Of a stretch of 64,000 nucleotides of DNA, positions 22,528 to 34,833 are shown piece by piece. The stretch spans positions 1,550,001 through 1,614,000 of the forward strand of contig MU008161.1 in assembly GCA_010909165.1 (NCBI GenBank). Direction: 5' to 3'. Numbering within the stretch: position 1 is the stretch's first letter; every line of letters begins with the position of its first letter. The notes under the pieces are model-generated. The model made no database searches, was not told where the DNA came from, and saw nothing but the letters and a program-made list of their open reading frames with translations. A program made the position numbers and the translations under genes. The stretch is from Anthoceros angustus. Its lineage: Eukaryota; Plantae; Anthocerotophyta.

Positions 22528-24006
22528 ATGGCTCTCACTTGTGAGCGCAGCTTGCAGAAAGATTACTGGAAGGAGCACACGCTTGTATTGAGCGTGGAGG
22601 CTATGATGTTGGACAGCCAAGCGGCGCAGCTGGACAAGGAGGAGAGGCCGGAAATTCTGGGCCTGCTGCCTCCTTTCAGTGGCAAGTCTGTGATCGAGCT
22701 GGGAGCTGGCATTGGGAGATTCACCGGGGAGCTTGCCAAGACTGCTGGCCGTGTTGTGGCTATGGATTTCATGGAGGACGCCATCAAGAAGAACGAGGAA
22801 GTGAACGGACATCACAAGAACGTGGAGTTCAAGTGCAAGGATGTGACCTCCTCGGATCTGGGAATTCCAGACGCGTCGGCGGATCTGGTCTTCTCCAACT
22901 GGCTGCTCATGTACCTGGCGGATGAGGAGGTGGAGGAGCTGGCCTCCAAGATGATTGCATGGCTGAAGGTGGGAGGATTTTTGTTTTTCCGGGAATCCTG
23001 CTACCACCAGTCAGGGGACCACAAGAGGAAGAGCAACCCGACGCATTACCGAGATCCCAGCTTCTACAACAAAATCTTCGAGGAGTGCCATATCCAGGAG
23101 GAAGACGGCAGCTACTCGGAGCTGCAACTGGTGCAGTGCAAATGCGTCGGGGCTTATGTGCGCAACAAGCGAAACCAGAATCAGATTTGTTGGCTCTGGA
23201 CGAAGGTGCCCTCATCTGCTCCGGAGGATAAGAGCGTGCAGCGGTTCCTGGACACTGTGCAGTACACGCAGACAGGCATTCTGCGGTACGAGCGCATCTT
23301 TGGGAATGGCTTTGTGAGCACGGGAGGTTTGGAAACCACCAAAGAGTTCGTGTCCAAGTTGCATCTGCGAAAAGGGCAGAAAGTTCTGGATGTCGGATGC
23401 GGAATCGGTGGAGGTGACTTCTACATGGCTAACACCTGTGAGGTTGAGGTGGTTGGCATCGACCTCTCCGTGAACATGATCTCCATCGCGCTGGGAAGAG
23501 CCATCGGTCTCCAGTGCAGCGTCGAGTTCGAAATCTGCGATTGCACGAAGAAGGTGTACCCTGACAGCTCATTCGATGTGATATACAGCCGGGACACTCT
23601 CCTGCACATCCACGACAAGCCCGCACTGTTCCGGAACTTCTACAAGTGGTTGAAGCCCGGAGGCAAGGTGCTCATCAGCGACTATTGCCGAGCTCCAGAG
23701 ACTCCATCCGAGGGCTTCAGCCAGTACATCAAGCAGCGCGGCTATGACCTACACGGCGTGCAGCAGTATGGCCAGATGCTGCAAGACGCAGGCTTCGAGA
23801 TCGTCGTTGCCGAGGACCGCACTGAGCAGTTCGTGGAGGTGCTCACCAAGGAGCTGGAGGCGACGCTTAGGACCAAGGACGCCTTCGTGCGGGACTTCTC
23901 GGAGGAGGACTACGACGCCATCGTGAGTGGATGGCAGTCCAAGCTACAGAGGTGTGCGAAGGGTGAGCAAAAATGGGGCCTCTTCCTTGCAAACAAAAGC
24001 AAGTGA
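22528..24006 (+). CDS. PEAMT: Phosphoethanolamine N-methyltransferase (two SAM-methyltransferase domains), 492 aa, intronless
   Basis: [36 protein letters not shown]; [11 protein letters not shown]; [11 protein letters not shown]; GFVSTGG; [11 protein letters not shown]; [12 protein letters not shown]; GEQKWGLF. Confidence 0.95.
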   Translation: MALTCERSLQKDYWKEHTLVLSVEAMMLDSQAAQLDKEERPEILGLLPPFSGKSVIELGAGIGRFTGELAKTAGRVVAMDFMEDAIKKNEEVNGHHKNVEFKCKDVTSSDLGIPDASADLVFSNWLLMYLADEEVEELASKMIAWLKVGGFLFFRESCYHQSGDHKRKSNPTHYRDPSFYNKIFEECHIQEEDGSYSELQLVQCKCVGAYVRNKRNQNQICWLWTKVPSSAPEDKSVQRFLDTVQYTQTGILRYERIFGNGFVSTGGLETTKEFVSKLHLRKGQKVLDVGCGIGGGDFYMANTCEVEVVGIDLSVNMISIALGRAIGLQCSVEFEICDCTKKVYPDSSFDVIYSRDTLLHIHDKPALFRNFYKWLKPGGKVLISDYCRAPETPSEGFSQYIKQRGYDLHGVQQYGQMLQDAGFEIVVAEDRTEQFVEVLTKELEATLRTKDAFVRDFSEEDYDAIVSGWQSKLQRCAKGEQKWGLFLANKSK

Positions 24007-24870
24007 GGTACTGGGGTGAGTCTGATCCATCGACGAAGCATATGCCCAGCACCCAGTTCCGGATGCTTGAAGGGACCGCAGGAAATCCGAATCTGTGGAT
24101 ACTGTACTTTGCACTTCCTTGCCGAGCATAGCATCCTGAGTTGGATATCCGTTCCCGTTCTGTGATGTCGTAAGGCCCTTATGGTGATTTATGTTTTTGC
24201 TTCGCTTCCTCTGTTTTTGGGGGAAGCGGGATACTGTATTTGGGAGCTGTGATTCAGAGCTTGCTGAATTTGTTCTTTATAGACAGCATCTCCTTCAAAT
24301 TCTCACGTCAACACTTCAGAGCAGTTCATTTCAGGAGAAATCTTGTTCTTCCGGTGGCCACTGGGCTTCAGCTTCTCGACTCCCATGACGGTTTTTCGTC
24401 TCATCAGTGGACATCAATAGAATACTAGAATTCCTTTCCACAGTTTATTGCATTGCTGGAAAGGCAACAGCTAGCCTAGATATGTACTCTAGGCAGTCTA
24501 TGTGCAGCAGGTAGTATGCTGCTACGGGACCGGGTCCTCTTGCATCGCCTATCATGCTCGCATGCTGCATGTGAGTACACGTGAATTTTGTCCTGAAGCC
24601 TTCCAATTTGGCCTTTGCGTAGGTGGTACGAATGGCATCTTCTCTATCATCCCTCCTTGCTGTTGCAGCGCGTTTTTGGACCGATGCCCGTTGTCTGTTT
24701 TCGAGTTGACACAGTACAACCAACCACCTTATGGATGCATCTATGTATGTACAGTCACGTAACCAGCGATGGTCGCCCATACATACGTATGAGGCATCAT
24801 AAACGCTGGCAGGATGACGGAGCACGAGGGCAGCGAAGTGAATGTTGTTAGTGCGTGGACACGCCACAAC

Positions 24871-27800
24871 TCATGACAATTGGGAGTAGAGCCGTTGTGT
24901 CCTGAATGTCAAGAGCATGCTGGCCGCAGCTCCAGCAACACAGATCAAAGCCAGAAACCGCAACGAAAACTGGAAACACCGGTGCCCATAGCAAGTGTGC
25001 TGATCATCGAATTGAGGGTCCAGACTTTCCTCGTGGAGCCGTTCCACCTCCTCGTCATACAGGAAACCAATCAGCTTCGCGGACAGCAGGAAGGCGCCCA
25101 CTGGCGAGCAGGACCTGTCATGGGCACACAGCGTGCTAATCGTGGGAAACCCAGACAGGTGGCTGGAGCAAGGTGGTAACTACTTGCGGGGAAGCACTTA
25201 CACAATGGTCTTGTAGATCGCTGCAAAGTGGCGCAACCCGAATACTTCCGACAGGATCGCAGGTGTCAAAGCCCAGAACGATCCATAGCAAAACCCCACC
25301 ACGGCTGACCCTACGTACAGGAGAGAGACACCTGTGCAGCAGATGTAAGTTAGTTCCTGTCTATTCCAAAGCCATGTCATGGAGCCGTGTGTGTGTTGGA
25401 CTTACGGCCGAGTGACAGCAACAGGCAGCCCCCGGCCAGAGCTGCTTGTGATAGGAAGATGCATATGGGTCGTGGATAGCCTGCTCGCACCATCGCATCA
25501 GAGCCGTATCTATCAGGCCAACAGAGAAACCCGTGGGGTTTAAAGGTGGTCTTTCTGGAAGGGCCAAGGATCGAAGGTGATGCAGGCAAGGCAGACTTAC
25601 CCAGCAGCCAGGCGACCAAAGCAGCTCCAGATGCTTATCAGACCCACGTACAGTTCCACATTTCTGGAAAGGAGAGCTTTTCCCATCTGCAAAATGCCAC
25701 AATGCCACATTCGACAAGGCTTCCCGAACAGTATGCAGCCTGCCCCTCTACGTCCAGAAAAGGTCAGGAGAGGTTCCAAGATTGTGCCCACCTGAGCCAA
25801 GTTGTTGATAACAGCTAGACCACTGCCTGGACCAGTCATCATAACCAGAGCCAGCAACCTACATGAAAGGTGCAGGCACATACAGGCAAGCCATCAGTTT
25901 ATAGTGCCCTGATGCTGTGAATGACTCGCAGTCTGCTCATAAGTGGGTGGTTTAGCAGCACTCACCAATAGTCGAGTTGCTGCATACTTTGCCATAATGT
26001 CAAGTCGCTGGGCATTACTTCTTCCTGCAAAGAGGTAAGGTCTTCTACATTGAAGCTTTCGCTGACGGCGTTCTGTGCTTTCAGTGGTATGGTGTCGTCT
26101 TCAGGCCCTTCAATGTGCAGAAAATGAACTTTCTCAGCCCACAGCTCATACTCGGTGGCTGTGTACTTGGAAGCCTTCTACTTCAAGGACTTCGGTGACC
26201 TGACCTGACCTGACTGATCACCACCGGAGTTTTTCTTTGGCACATCATATTCTATTGATTCTGGTGTCGTGCCATCACCTGATTCCTCTGTTGGTACTGC
26301 TTCAGGTTTTATATATGGAAGATCACTCGTATGAGGTGGCAGTCTGCACCCTTTCAGACTAGCAGCAAGAAAGGGGAGCAATCGGCTTGAGACCTGTGGA
26401 TTGCACACGAATGTGTTAGTTAGCACAGCTTCTTTCACTCCTCACTCTGGAAGTTGATGGAAACCTGCTGAGCTGATAGACACATGCTCAGATTGAACCT
26501 CTGGCTTGTAGTAATGGCAAGAAACCTTTTTGGTGGGATGCATTCTATCAAAGGCAACTTGTCAACTGTTACACAAACATACAAGAAAGGTAACTCACCA
26601 TCAAGGTATAGGTTACCACCAGGATGATGATCATAGAGAAAGCGAAGAACATAAGCACAGGTTTATCCACTTGTAACAAGGCCTGCGCATCTTTGTCGAA
26701 GGTTGACCACAGTTCAGTTGCTTCAGCAGAATGAGTCTGTCAACTCAACATTTCTCCCACAAAGCTCCACCTAACAGCTCAACGGCCAGGTAAAATTTGA
26801 ATCAACAACTAACATATCACCTGAGTGACAATCGCCACCAGAAGGAACACGGCAAGTACGATTACGCCACCCTGGACCAGACCAAATGACGGAGAATTAA
26901 AGTCTCTGTATGCAAGGATATGGGCCCTTCCAATGTAAATTCCACCCACAGCATAATTCTACACATGCTTCCAGAACGTACATATGCAGATTGAAATCGC
27001 TGCTTAGCATTCTCATCCTTAGGATATGTTGAAGGCACAATGAAGAATGCTAAAAGCAAGCCCACAATGGAAGGCGTGAAAGCAACCATGAGAACAAACT
27101 CGTCGACATCTGGTTGGAGAAATGCCTTGTAAATCTGTGCAAACAAGTGGCAGTGCCGAACGATGTTTGCTGTCAGCACAACAAAAAAACTCACCCCAGC
27201 CCATATCATGCAAACAACCATAGCTGAGATGACACTTCGGCAAAGGTTCATGCTTTACCGTCACAAACATTGCGCCACTAATACCAATCTGTGCTTTCAA
27301 GAGACCTACTACAGTACCACGGCTTTCCTTGAAATTCTGCAAACTGACCAGTCGGAATATCAAAAGCGCTTCAGTCTCACAATCACCTAGTCGAGAATCT
27401 TTGGCGGGTGAGCAACAAAAAAAGCACCAGGTCTGTGTTTCGCAATGTGCAGCAACTGGCAGATAGTTGTGACCACAAACCTGGTCATCATGCAGGCCGT
27501 GTCCATCCAACTGTCACCACCGACACCTACTGCTATAGATGTACACACCTACCTTCCAATCACAGCTATCAGGAGAAACAGCGTTCACAAATGAAACTAA
27601 AACATCCAAAACGTGGCAAGAACTTGGATCAGAGTGCTTGACACAATACCAGCCAGAAGGGCGTTTCAACTCTCTCCGTGACTGTCAACCACACCTACAC
27701 GAACATGGGCGTGTTCAAGTACGAGAAAGATGGAGAAAGCTGAGATGACCAGCTTAGGAGCCAGACATATCACAACAAACGCAACCTGCTGATCAGAGAT

Positions 27801-28195
27801 CCACTGACCATAAAATAGCCTAGGAAATGCAACGAAGCTCCCACAGAAATGGTCACCCAAGGTGCATAATGGTTGTACAGGAGGCCACCAATTATGCCAA
27901 TGCAATAGCCGAAGTCCTTAGCAGCTCCGACATCATCCGTCTTCTCTTGCGTATAGTCCAGAGCGTCCTTTAAATGCTCACTGTAAACTGCGTATGTGTA
28001 AGTCAGGCCCCCGCAGCCCTGCATCAAAACAGGGACATGAGCTGCAGTCAAATTGCAATCTCGGATTGACGACTACCGGAAACAGCGACAGGCATGCCGA
28101 CACCTCGGCACATCATACGCAAGTGCATCAACCACGAAAAACCCCAGTACCTGGATCAGCATTGCTGCAGCCAAACCAGTCCATCGGTTTCTCAT
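24871..28195 (-). CDS. Nodulin-like/NFD4-like MFS transporter (multi-exon), copy 1
   Basis: Exon 1 28195-28151 MRNRWTGLAAAMLIQ; exon 2 from 28018 GCGGLTYTYAVYSEHLK..AAKDFG; later exons GTVVGLLKAQIGISGAMF, LISIWSCFGRLAAGY, GFCYGSFWALTPAILSEVFGLRHF; last exon ends RTQRLYSQLS*. Confidence 0.85.
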
Positions 28196-30817
28196 TTTCT
28201 CCAGGGACAGAGACCTGCTCCCCGAGTTCGCGTCCGTCGATCAAGTTTAATCCCGGTTCGAGTTCGAGGAGCTTGCACATCGATACACAATGGCCATCAA
28301 CGTTGGCCCGTACGAGTACGATGTACGCCCGGGAGTGCCACATCATCATCCGTTGGGACACCGGGATGGAAGGCAAATCGGAAGCACAGCACTTCCGCCC
28401 GGCATTTCCGTCCAAAAACCGGAGGAGGTTGGCCTCCGTGATGACGTGGCCTTATGGGAAACATCATAGGCCATTGGGTGTCGACGGAAAGCGTTCGGGG
28501 AAGGCAGACGTATAGAGTAGGTAGACGGAAAAGAAAGGATGGAATACGTATCAGTTCACCTATCTGAATCACATCCTTCCCATCAGAGGACCCGCGGCCA
28601 GGAGCTATGTTTAGCGAAGCCAGCCAGATCCAGCGCTCTGCCAGAGCTGTGTTTAGCGAAGCCAGCCAGCGCGGGGGGAACGAACGTGAATCTCGGCATG
28701 ATATGCGTGGATCAACAACACCTCTATAGAACTCCAGTAACAGAGAGTAACAAATGGTACTGGAATATAACTCCGCCAGGATATTCGGCGCTTTGACACA
28801 AGAAACGAGGTGGCCAGGAGTTGAACTAATGATCTGCTGGATGGCAGTCAGCTGCCCTACCACTGAGCCACACGGAAAAGACAAATTACACGGATGTTCA
28901 CTTTTATTTATGCACTGAGTTGTACCTCTGCTGTGGGGTTTTGTTGAGGAGACAACACCCTCCCGCCGACGAGGTGGTCGATGACGGGGGCCGATGCTGC
29001 GAGGAAGGCCACGCACTGCCGACGCACCTCCCTGACAGATATCTCAATACACTCTGCTGTGTTGGAATAGGGAGCCGCATTTTTTGTGATCATGAAGCAG
29101 GTGAACTGGCTGGTAGTGTTTGCTTACGGTCTGTTTGTGTGAAGTGGTACAGATCCAATTTCCGTGACAGGCAAGTGTGATTTGGATCTGTACCATGGAA
29201 TAGGTCTGTGTAGCACATGATAACATGGATCAACAAAACATTTCTGGCAAGTTCATTTGGCTTAAGGTCCTTGTTGCAGTTCAGATCTAACCTTGCATGT
29301 GGCCGCTTCATGGATACCATTTGTCATAAGCTCACTCATGGTCTTTGAGCTTCGTAGGAACACAATGAATTGTGGTACCACTGTGAAGGATGCTTGCTAC
29401 ACAATTACTGGGACTCTGAATTATTTACCTCTTGTGTCTTCTGGCAGGCAATTGCAGGCATCCTCGAAGCCAAGGTCATTCAAAGCACACCGTTCATGTG
29501 TCCGCGCCTTCTCTACTGAAGAAAACCTCAAGAAGGGCTTCCTACGCTGCTGTCCTGACATTTTCCGGAACTATGGGAAAGCAGGAGCGCAAGCAGGTAC
29601 CCAATCTGAGCATGTTGGTTGTCCAAGTAGACAAGCCAAACATCCTGTGTTGTGCCAGAGTAGGCAAGATCCGTTCTCGATACCCAATCTGACAGCTGAC
29701 ATGAATCTTCTGACCAAATTGATATCATCAAATGCTTTCTCTCGAGCTTTTACAAGGTGAGGTTCCCCAGGAGAAGGGGCAGGAGGGGTAGGAGGGGGAG
29801 AACGGCATCGATGTGTTATAACGTGGACAGTATTGATAGCAGAAAAACCCCAGCAAGGCATGAGGCCAGCAGCCCTTCCATCCCTACCGTGTCGTGCGCA
29901 CGAAGAAGGCTTGATTCGGTTTACCCATCTTTTGTTGGGGTCACACAACCTACCGCTTGCGCAGCCCACATGAATTTGGGAGCCGCGCTCAAGCAGACAG
30001 GCGCGGAGGGATCAGGCCTGCCATACCGGTGGCCATGGTCATTTGTTTAAGGTCAGCAAACATCACAGCCGTGGAGGAGACGCTGGCCAGGTTATAATGG
30101 CCATGGCGCGTCAGCACATGGATGCAACGAGCGCGAGGACGAGTGATGTGAATTTCAGCATCTCCCCCTGGGCCAGCAGCTGAAGGCGCTCGGCACGGCT
30201 TGCGAATTCAGGCCAAGCACCGATTGACGCAGGCCATGTGACCGATGGACGCAGGCCATTGGAAGTACTGTTTCAGCCTTGCTTGACTTTTGGGATGCTT
30301 TCATTCCCAACCTGAAAGCTATATACATATGTGCACCAGTCCATCCCTGTCTGCCCACCAGCCCTGACCCGGCTGCTTCCAGGCCCTCATTCTTTTTCTC
30401 CTTGCCAGCAACTCCAGTGCCTGCTCCCACATGTGGGCACCGACGTATAACTTGCACGTCATCACTTATGCTGCAGGCATACGTGGTACAGGGGAAGGCA
30501 GGCGTGGTACATTCTATCTAAATTATCCTTCCCATAAACGACTCCCGCGCCACGACACAATAAAGATCCGCCACCAAAGCTGTGTTGGTGAAGCCAGCCA
30601 GCCAGCCCCTGGGGGAATGACAACAATAACTTAATTTGTGTCCGTGGGGGAACGAACGCGGGCCACACATTGCCAGAGCCGGAGCTGGAAATGCAAGATC
30701 ACATGAAATGCATGCACATGGATCTCGCTGGGAAAGGTGTCTACCTTTGATGAGCCAGCAAAGCTTAGCTTCCTGCACAGCTCAAGCTGAACGCCGCCTC
30801 TGATGACAACCGTTATG

Positions 30818-32981
30818 TTATCTGAGTCTCATTGGCTGTGTCACATTTCCCGAATCCGAGCTGGAAGTTCCCCTGGTCGTTGAACCAGAATCTCCCAACA
30901 GGATGCCGTAACCTTGCATCTCGATCATCCTGTCTTCACAGTCGATGACATCAGCCTTGCTGTAAAACTCCTCAGCCTTCAGCAGCTTGGATCCCTTGAT
31001 CGCTTGCAGCATTTCCACGACTTCACTCATGGACGGTCTTGAGGTTCTTGACGACCCCACGCATGCCGCCGCAACCTGCCACCACAAACTGTTAGTCTCC
31101 TTTCTGCTGTCAGCTGATCTGAAGGGCTCCTTACAGCTGTAAGCTGACTCACCTGTGCAACTGCCCCAACTGCATGGAGCTCCTCTGCTGAAAGCGTGGA
31201 CAACATATGCGAGTCAACAATTTCGTGGACCCTCCCACTCTTGATCAAGGGGATTGAGGACAAAGCAAGGTTCGGCTCCTCTTCAGGTTTGGAATAGTCC
31301 ATCGGCTTCTTGGACGTGATCAGCTCCAGTAGTACAACCCCAAAGCTGTACACATCTGTTTTATCGGTGAGCTTGCAGTTGCGGTAATATTCCGGATCCA
31401 GATAGCCAGGAGTTCCCTTCACGAGTGTGAACACGTGTGTATCTTCCAAAGCCACCAGCTTGGAAAGCCCAAAGTCCGCAACTTTGCCGTTCAAGGCGTG
31501 GTCTAGTAGGATATTGGCAGACTTGACATCACGATGGATTATTGGTGGTGTTGCCTGAACATGCAAGTACTTGAGTGCCTCAGCTGTTTGAAGAGCAATC
31601 CTGAACCTTGTCTTCCAATCAAGCCCGGTGCCGAGGCCATCCTGCAAAGTGCCATTGGGTACGAACTCAAACACCAGCAACGGAATTTCCCCCTCGATGC
31701 AGCAGCCTAGAAGCTTGACGAGATTCCTGTGGTTCACTTGCGAGAGGATGTCCACCTCGTTTACGAACGACTCCACATCTTCGGCATGCTTTCCCATTTT
31801 AATGGCCACGGTTCTGCCATCATCCAAAGTCCCTTTATACACTGTGCCAAACCCTCCTCTCCCAACCTCGTTATCTGCGGAGAAGCTGCTTGTTGCTCGA
31901 TCCAGCTCAGCATAGGTGAAGAAGGTGCCTGTAGTGAGTCGAGCGGCACTCCCCTTCAACATGCCATTGATGGCAGGCGATCGGGCTTGACCAGAATTGC
32001 CGAATCTACGACTAGTCACAACATGTCGTTCAGAATACCTGCCTCTGGGTTTAGATCCATACTGCCGCCGATAGTACCGAAACCCTACAAAGGCTAGAAC
32101 AACAATTGAGATGACGACGGTAGACACCGCTACCGCTGCACCCACCAGAACAGATTGCTAACGTTCAGTTGCCAGAGCTTTCTTCAGTACTCAACACCAG
32201 AAGAAACCTGGACAGCAAGCAACATGGGTCTACCTGCCACTGGGAACGTCTTCCCCTTCTTCCCCTGATCGGTACTGGTATTCGAGCTGCCTTCCCCTGC
32301 CAAGGCCCATTCGCGTTCAGACAGGTTCCTTCTACATACCAAGCAACAGTGGAGGACAAGGAGAGGGAGCAGGACCAGGAGCGGGAGCTTTCTGAACCGG
32401 AGGCGGTGAAGGCGAAGGCGAAGGCGAAGGCGCAGGCGAAGGCGCAGGCGAAGACAGGACCCTGACGAAAAACTGCATTCCATCCAGGCAGTCTGCACTA
32501 GTGTCGGTACTGGTTTGCCCGGAGCTGATGAGGTATACCGTGCCAGCGAAGGGAAGAATGAGCGTGAAATCGCCTGACCCGTTGAAAGGATTACCCCTGT
32601 TCGCGATCGAGCAGCTCGTCAGGTCACTGGCTGACCAGAGCTGTGTCACGTCATGGATTTTGTTGTCGAACAGGAACCCTAAGGCCATGGCAACATTAAC
32701 AGGCAGCCACCGAGATAGGATGAAACGCCATGAACAAGCATGGCAGCCAGCCGCTGCAAACAGCACACCATCTTACACAAGGAATCGTTGACGTAGAGCG
32801 TCACATTCTCTGCCCACTTCTGGTAGAAGCTCGCGTCGGCCTCAGGAAACCAGTTGGGGTTGGATTCTAAGCCTCCGACACGGTACTTGACAGCCTGGGC
32901 GTGATCCACAGGAGCGGCAGCCAACATGAGAGCGAGCAGCGCGAGTGCCATCCCCATCCTGGCCATCCTTGACGACGCCAT
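30818..32981 (-). CDS. Receptor-like kinase with phytocyanin (plastocyanin-like/ENODL) ectodomain, Pro-rich stalk, TM helix and WAK/LRK10L-like kinase; 5 exons, ~615 aa
   Basis: complement(join(30818..31075,31153..32135,32234..32296,32340..32678,32777..32981)); all introns are GT-AG and frame-consistent. Signal peptide; YRVGG..W..Y.KWA..V.DSLWF; C..GM motif; SPAPSP repeats; TM AVAVSTVVISIVVLAFVGF; kinase GRGGFG, VAIK, HRDVKSAN, DFG, GTPGYLDPEY. Confidence 0.85.
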
Positions 32982-33628
32982 CTCTGGCTATGCCGAGCCT
33001 CCTCCAACTGCAACTTGGTAACCACGTGCACTCTCGAGGCTGCTGGCTACCGCATAATCTTCTAGCGCTGTCGTTTGGCAGCACAGCTTCCTTTCACTTT
33101 CCTTAGCTGCTGCGACCGCGACCGCGGCCGTGCAATCTTAGCTCCATGTGCAGGCTGCAATCCGTTGTATAAAGGGACAAGTGACAGTAAAATATGCTTG
33201 CCCTCCTTGAAACTTCGATGGCTGGCGAGAAGGCGAGAACTGGGGCTGGCTTGAACGCTTCAACTTTGAACTTGGAGATGCTGCGCACTTCCAGGGCCCG
33301 AAGGCTCCAAGAAATATCAGATAGTAGGAGCGTGAGACGTACAATAGACTCGACTTGACTTGACTCGACTCGACTTGATTCGACTTGACAGAGCTGGAAG
33401 TGCCTGGGTATCGATTCGATGGGAATTATGGGATCCGGGTAGCCCGCGGGGAACAAACGTAAGTCTCAGCCTCGGATGGTCTGCGAAAGTTCACAATGTA
33501 CTCTAGCATAGGAATGCGTTAACGGTTGAACACTAGTAGGGGAATGCGTTTACGGTTAAATAGTGGCGTGCACATAGGAGGCAACCAGGACTGAACTGAT
33601 GACCTATCGGACTGCAGCCCATTGCCCT

Positions 33629-33709
<81 letters not shown>

Positions 33710-33725
33710 CCAACAACAACAACAA
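33629..33725. repeat. (AAC)n microsatellite, about 31-32 units with one interruption
   Basis: Directly visible. Confidence 0.98.
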
Positions 33726-33869
33726 TTTTATTGATGTCCACTAACTAAGGATGGATATAGCGTAAAAAAGAGTGAAAAAATTGAGTACACATACATACAT
33801 ATGAAGTAGAGAGGCGCTAATTGTGTGATACAAACAAGAAGGCAATCGAAATAATCAATGACCAGTGTC

Positions 33870-34385
33870 ACGAAGAGGTCGGGGTTGAGGCTGATCACCA
33901 AGGAACTCATCACCAAGAAAAAAGGCCACGTATCCACGGCTCGAACAGCCTTAAAAGCTGGCAATTTCCTCCTTATTTTGCAACTACCCAAAGCATGAGC
34001 ACCCTTGAAAGCAGGTAATTTCTTCTTCTTATTTTACCACTGCCCAAGGCATGAGACTCCAAAATAACCAACTGATCACCATGAAAAAAAGGCCACCTAG
34101 CCCAAGGGCAGGAGCAGCCGTAAAAGCAATTTCTTGTTCTTGTTTTACCGCTGCCCAAGGCATGAGGCTCCAAAATAACCAATTGATCACTACGAAAAAA
34201 AGGCCACCTGTCCCCAAGGGCAGGAGCAGCCCTAAAAGCAGGCAATTTCTTCTTCTTATTTTACCACTGTCAAGGTAGCCGTAAAAACAAATAATTCCTC
34301 CTTTATTATTTTACTACTGCCCAGGCACGAGCAGCCTTAAAAGCACGTAATTTCTCTTATTATTTTGCCACTGCACGGGTCTACT
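33870..34385. repeat. Degenerate tandem repeat array (~55-bp sub-unit, ~110-bp higher-order unit)
   Basis: Recurring AAAAGGCCAC, CTGCCCAAGGCATGAG, GGAGCAGCC.TAAAAGCA and AATTTCTTCTTCTTATTTTACCACTG blocks. Confidence 0.7.
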
Positions 34386-34833
34386 ACCACTGAGCTATAC
34401 CATGTGAGGTGACACAATTTTAAGCGAAATGACATATATACTTCGTTTTTTCTTAAATGCTTTTATCTACGCACCTAATCACTGAAGAGAAAGCAGGTAA
34501 CTTGCGTGCGCGTAGTGCCAGTCAGGCTCCAGGAGGTCAGCAACGAGCCCGCGTGGTTGCGAGTCTGATTCCGGCTTTGCTAAGCTCGCAAAGTTGAGCT
34601 GGTTACTGGACAGGGAACTCGTGGACGCTTCATAGGATGCAAGATCAGCGTTGCACAGGCAAGATCAGCGTTGTACAGATCTGCGCGTCGCCTCTGTGAT
34701 GCGATGCCATTCCGAAGGCTCAGTGTCCGGCAATGCGTTCCGGGGACGAGTGGTGGCTGCCGGGAATGGTGCACGCAGGGATTCCGCAACTGACCTGCCC
34801 AAGGTGCCAGCTTGCAAGAGCAGGGGGGTTGTG

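Noticed and set aside
24560-24700. PPR S2/E1 relic (MIEKMPFVP) on the minus strand
   Set aside because: The match is too short and the flanks do not extend it.
5895-28195. Lipid/nitrogen recycling gene cluster (Atg22, DUF962/Mpo1, PEAMT, MFS)
   Set aside because: A pathway link can be imagined, but the short DUF962 type has no demonstrated activity, unrelated genes are interspersed, and there is no co-regulation evidence.
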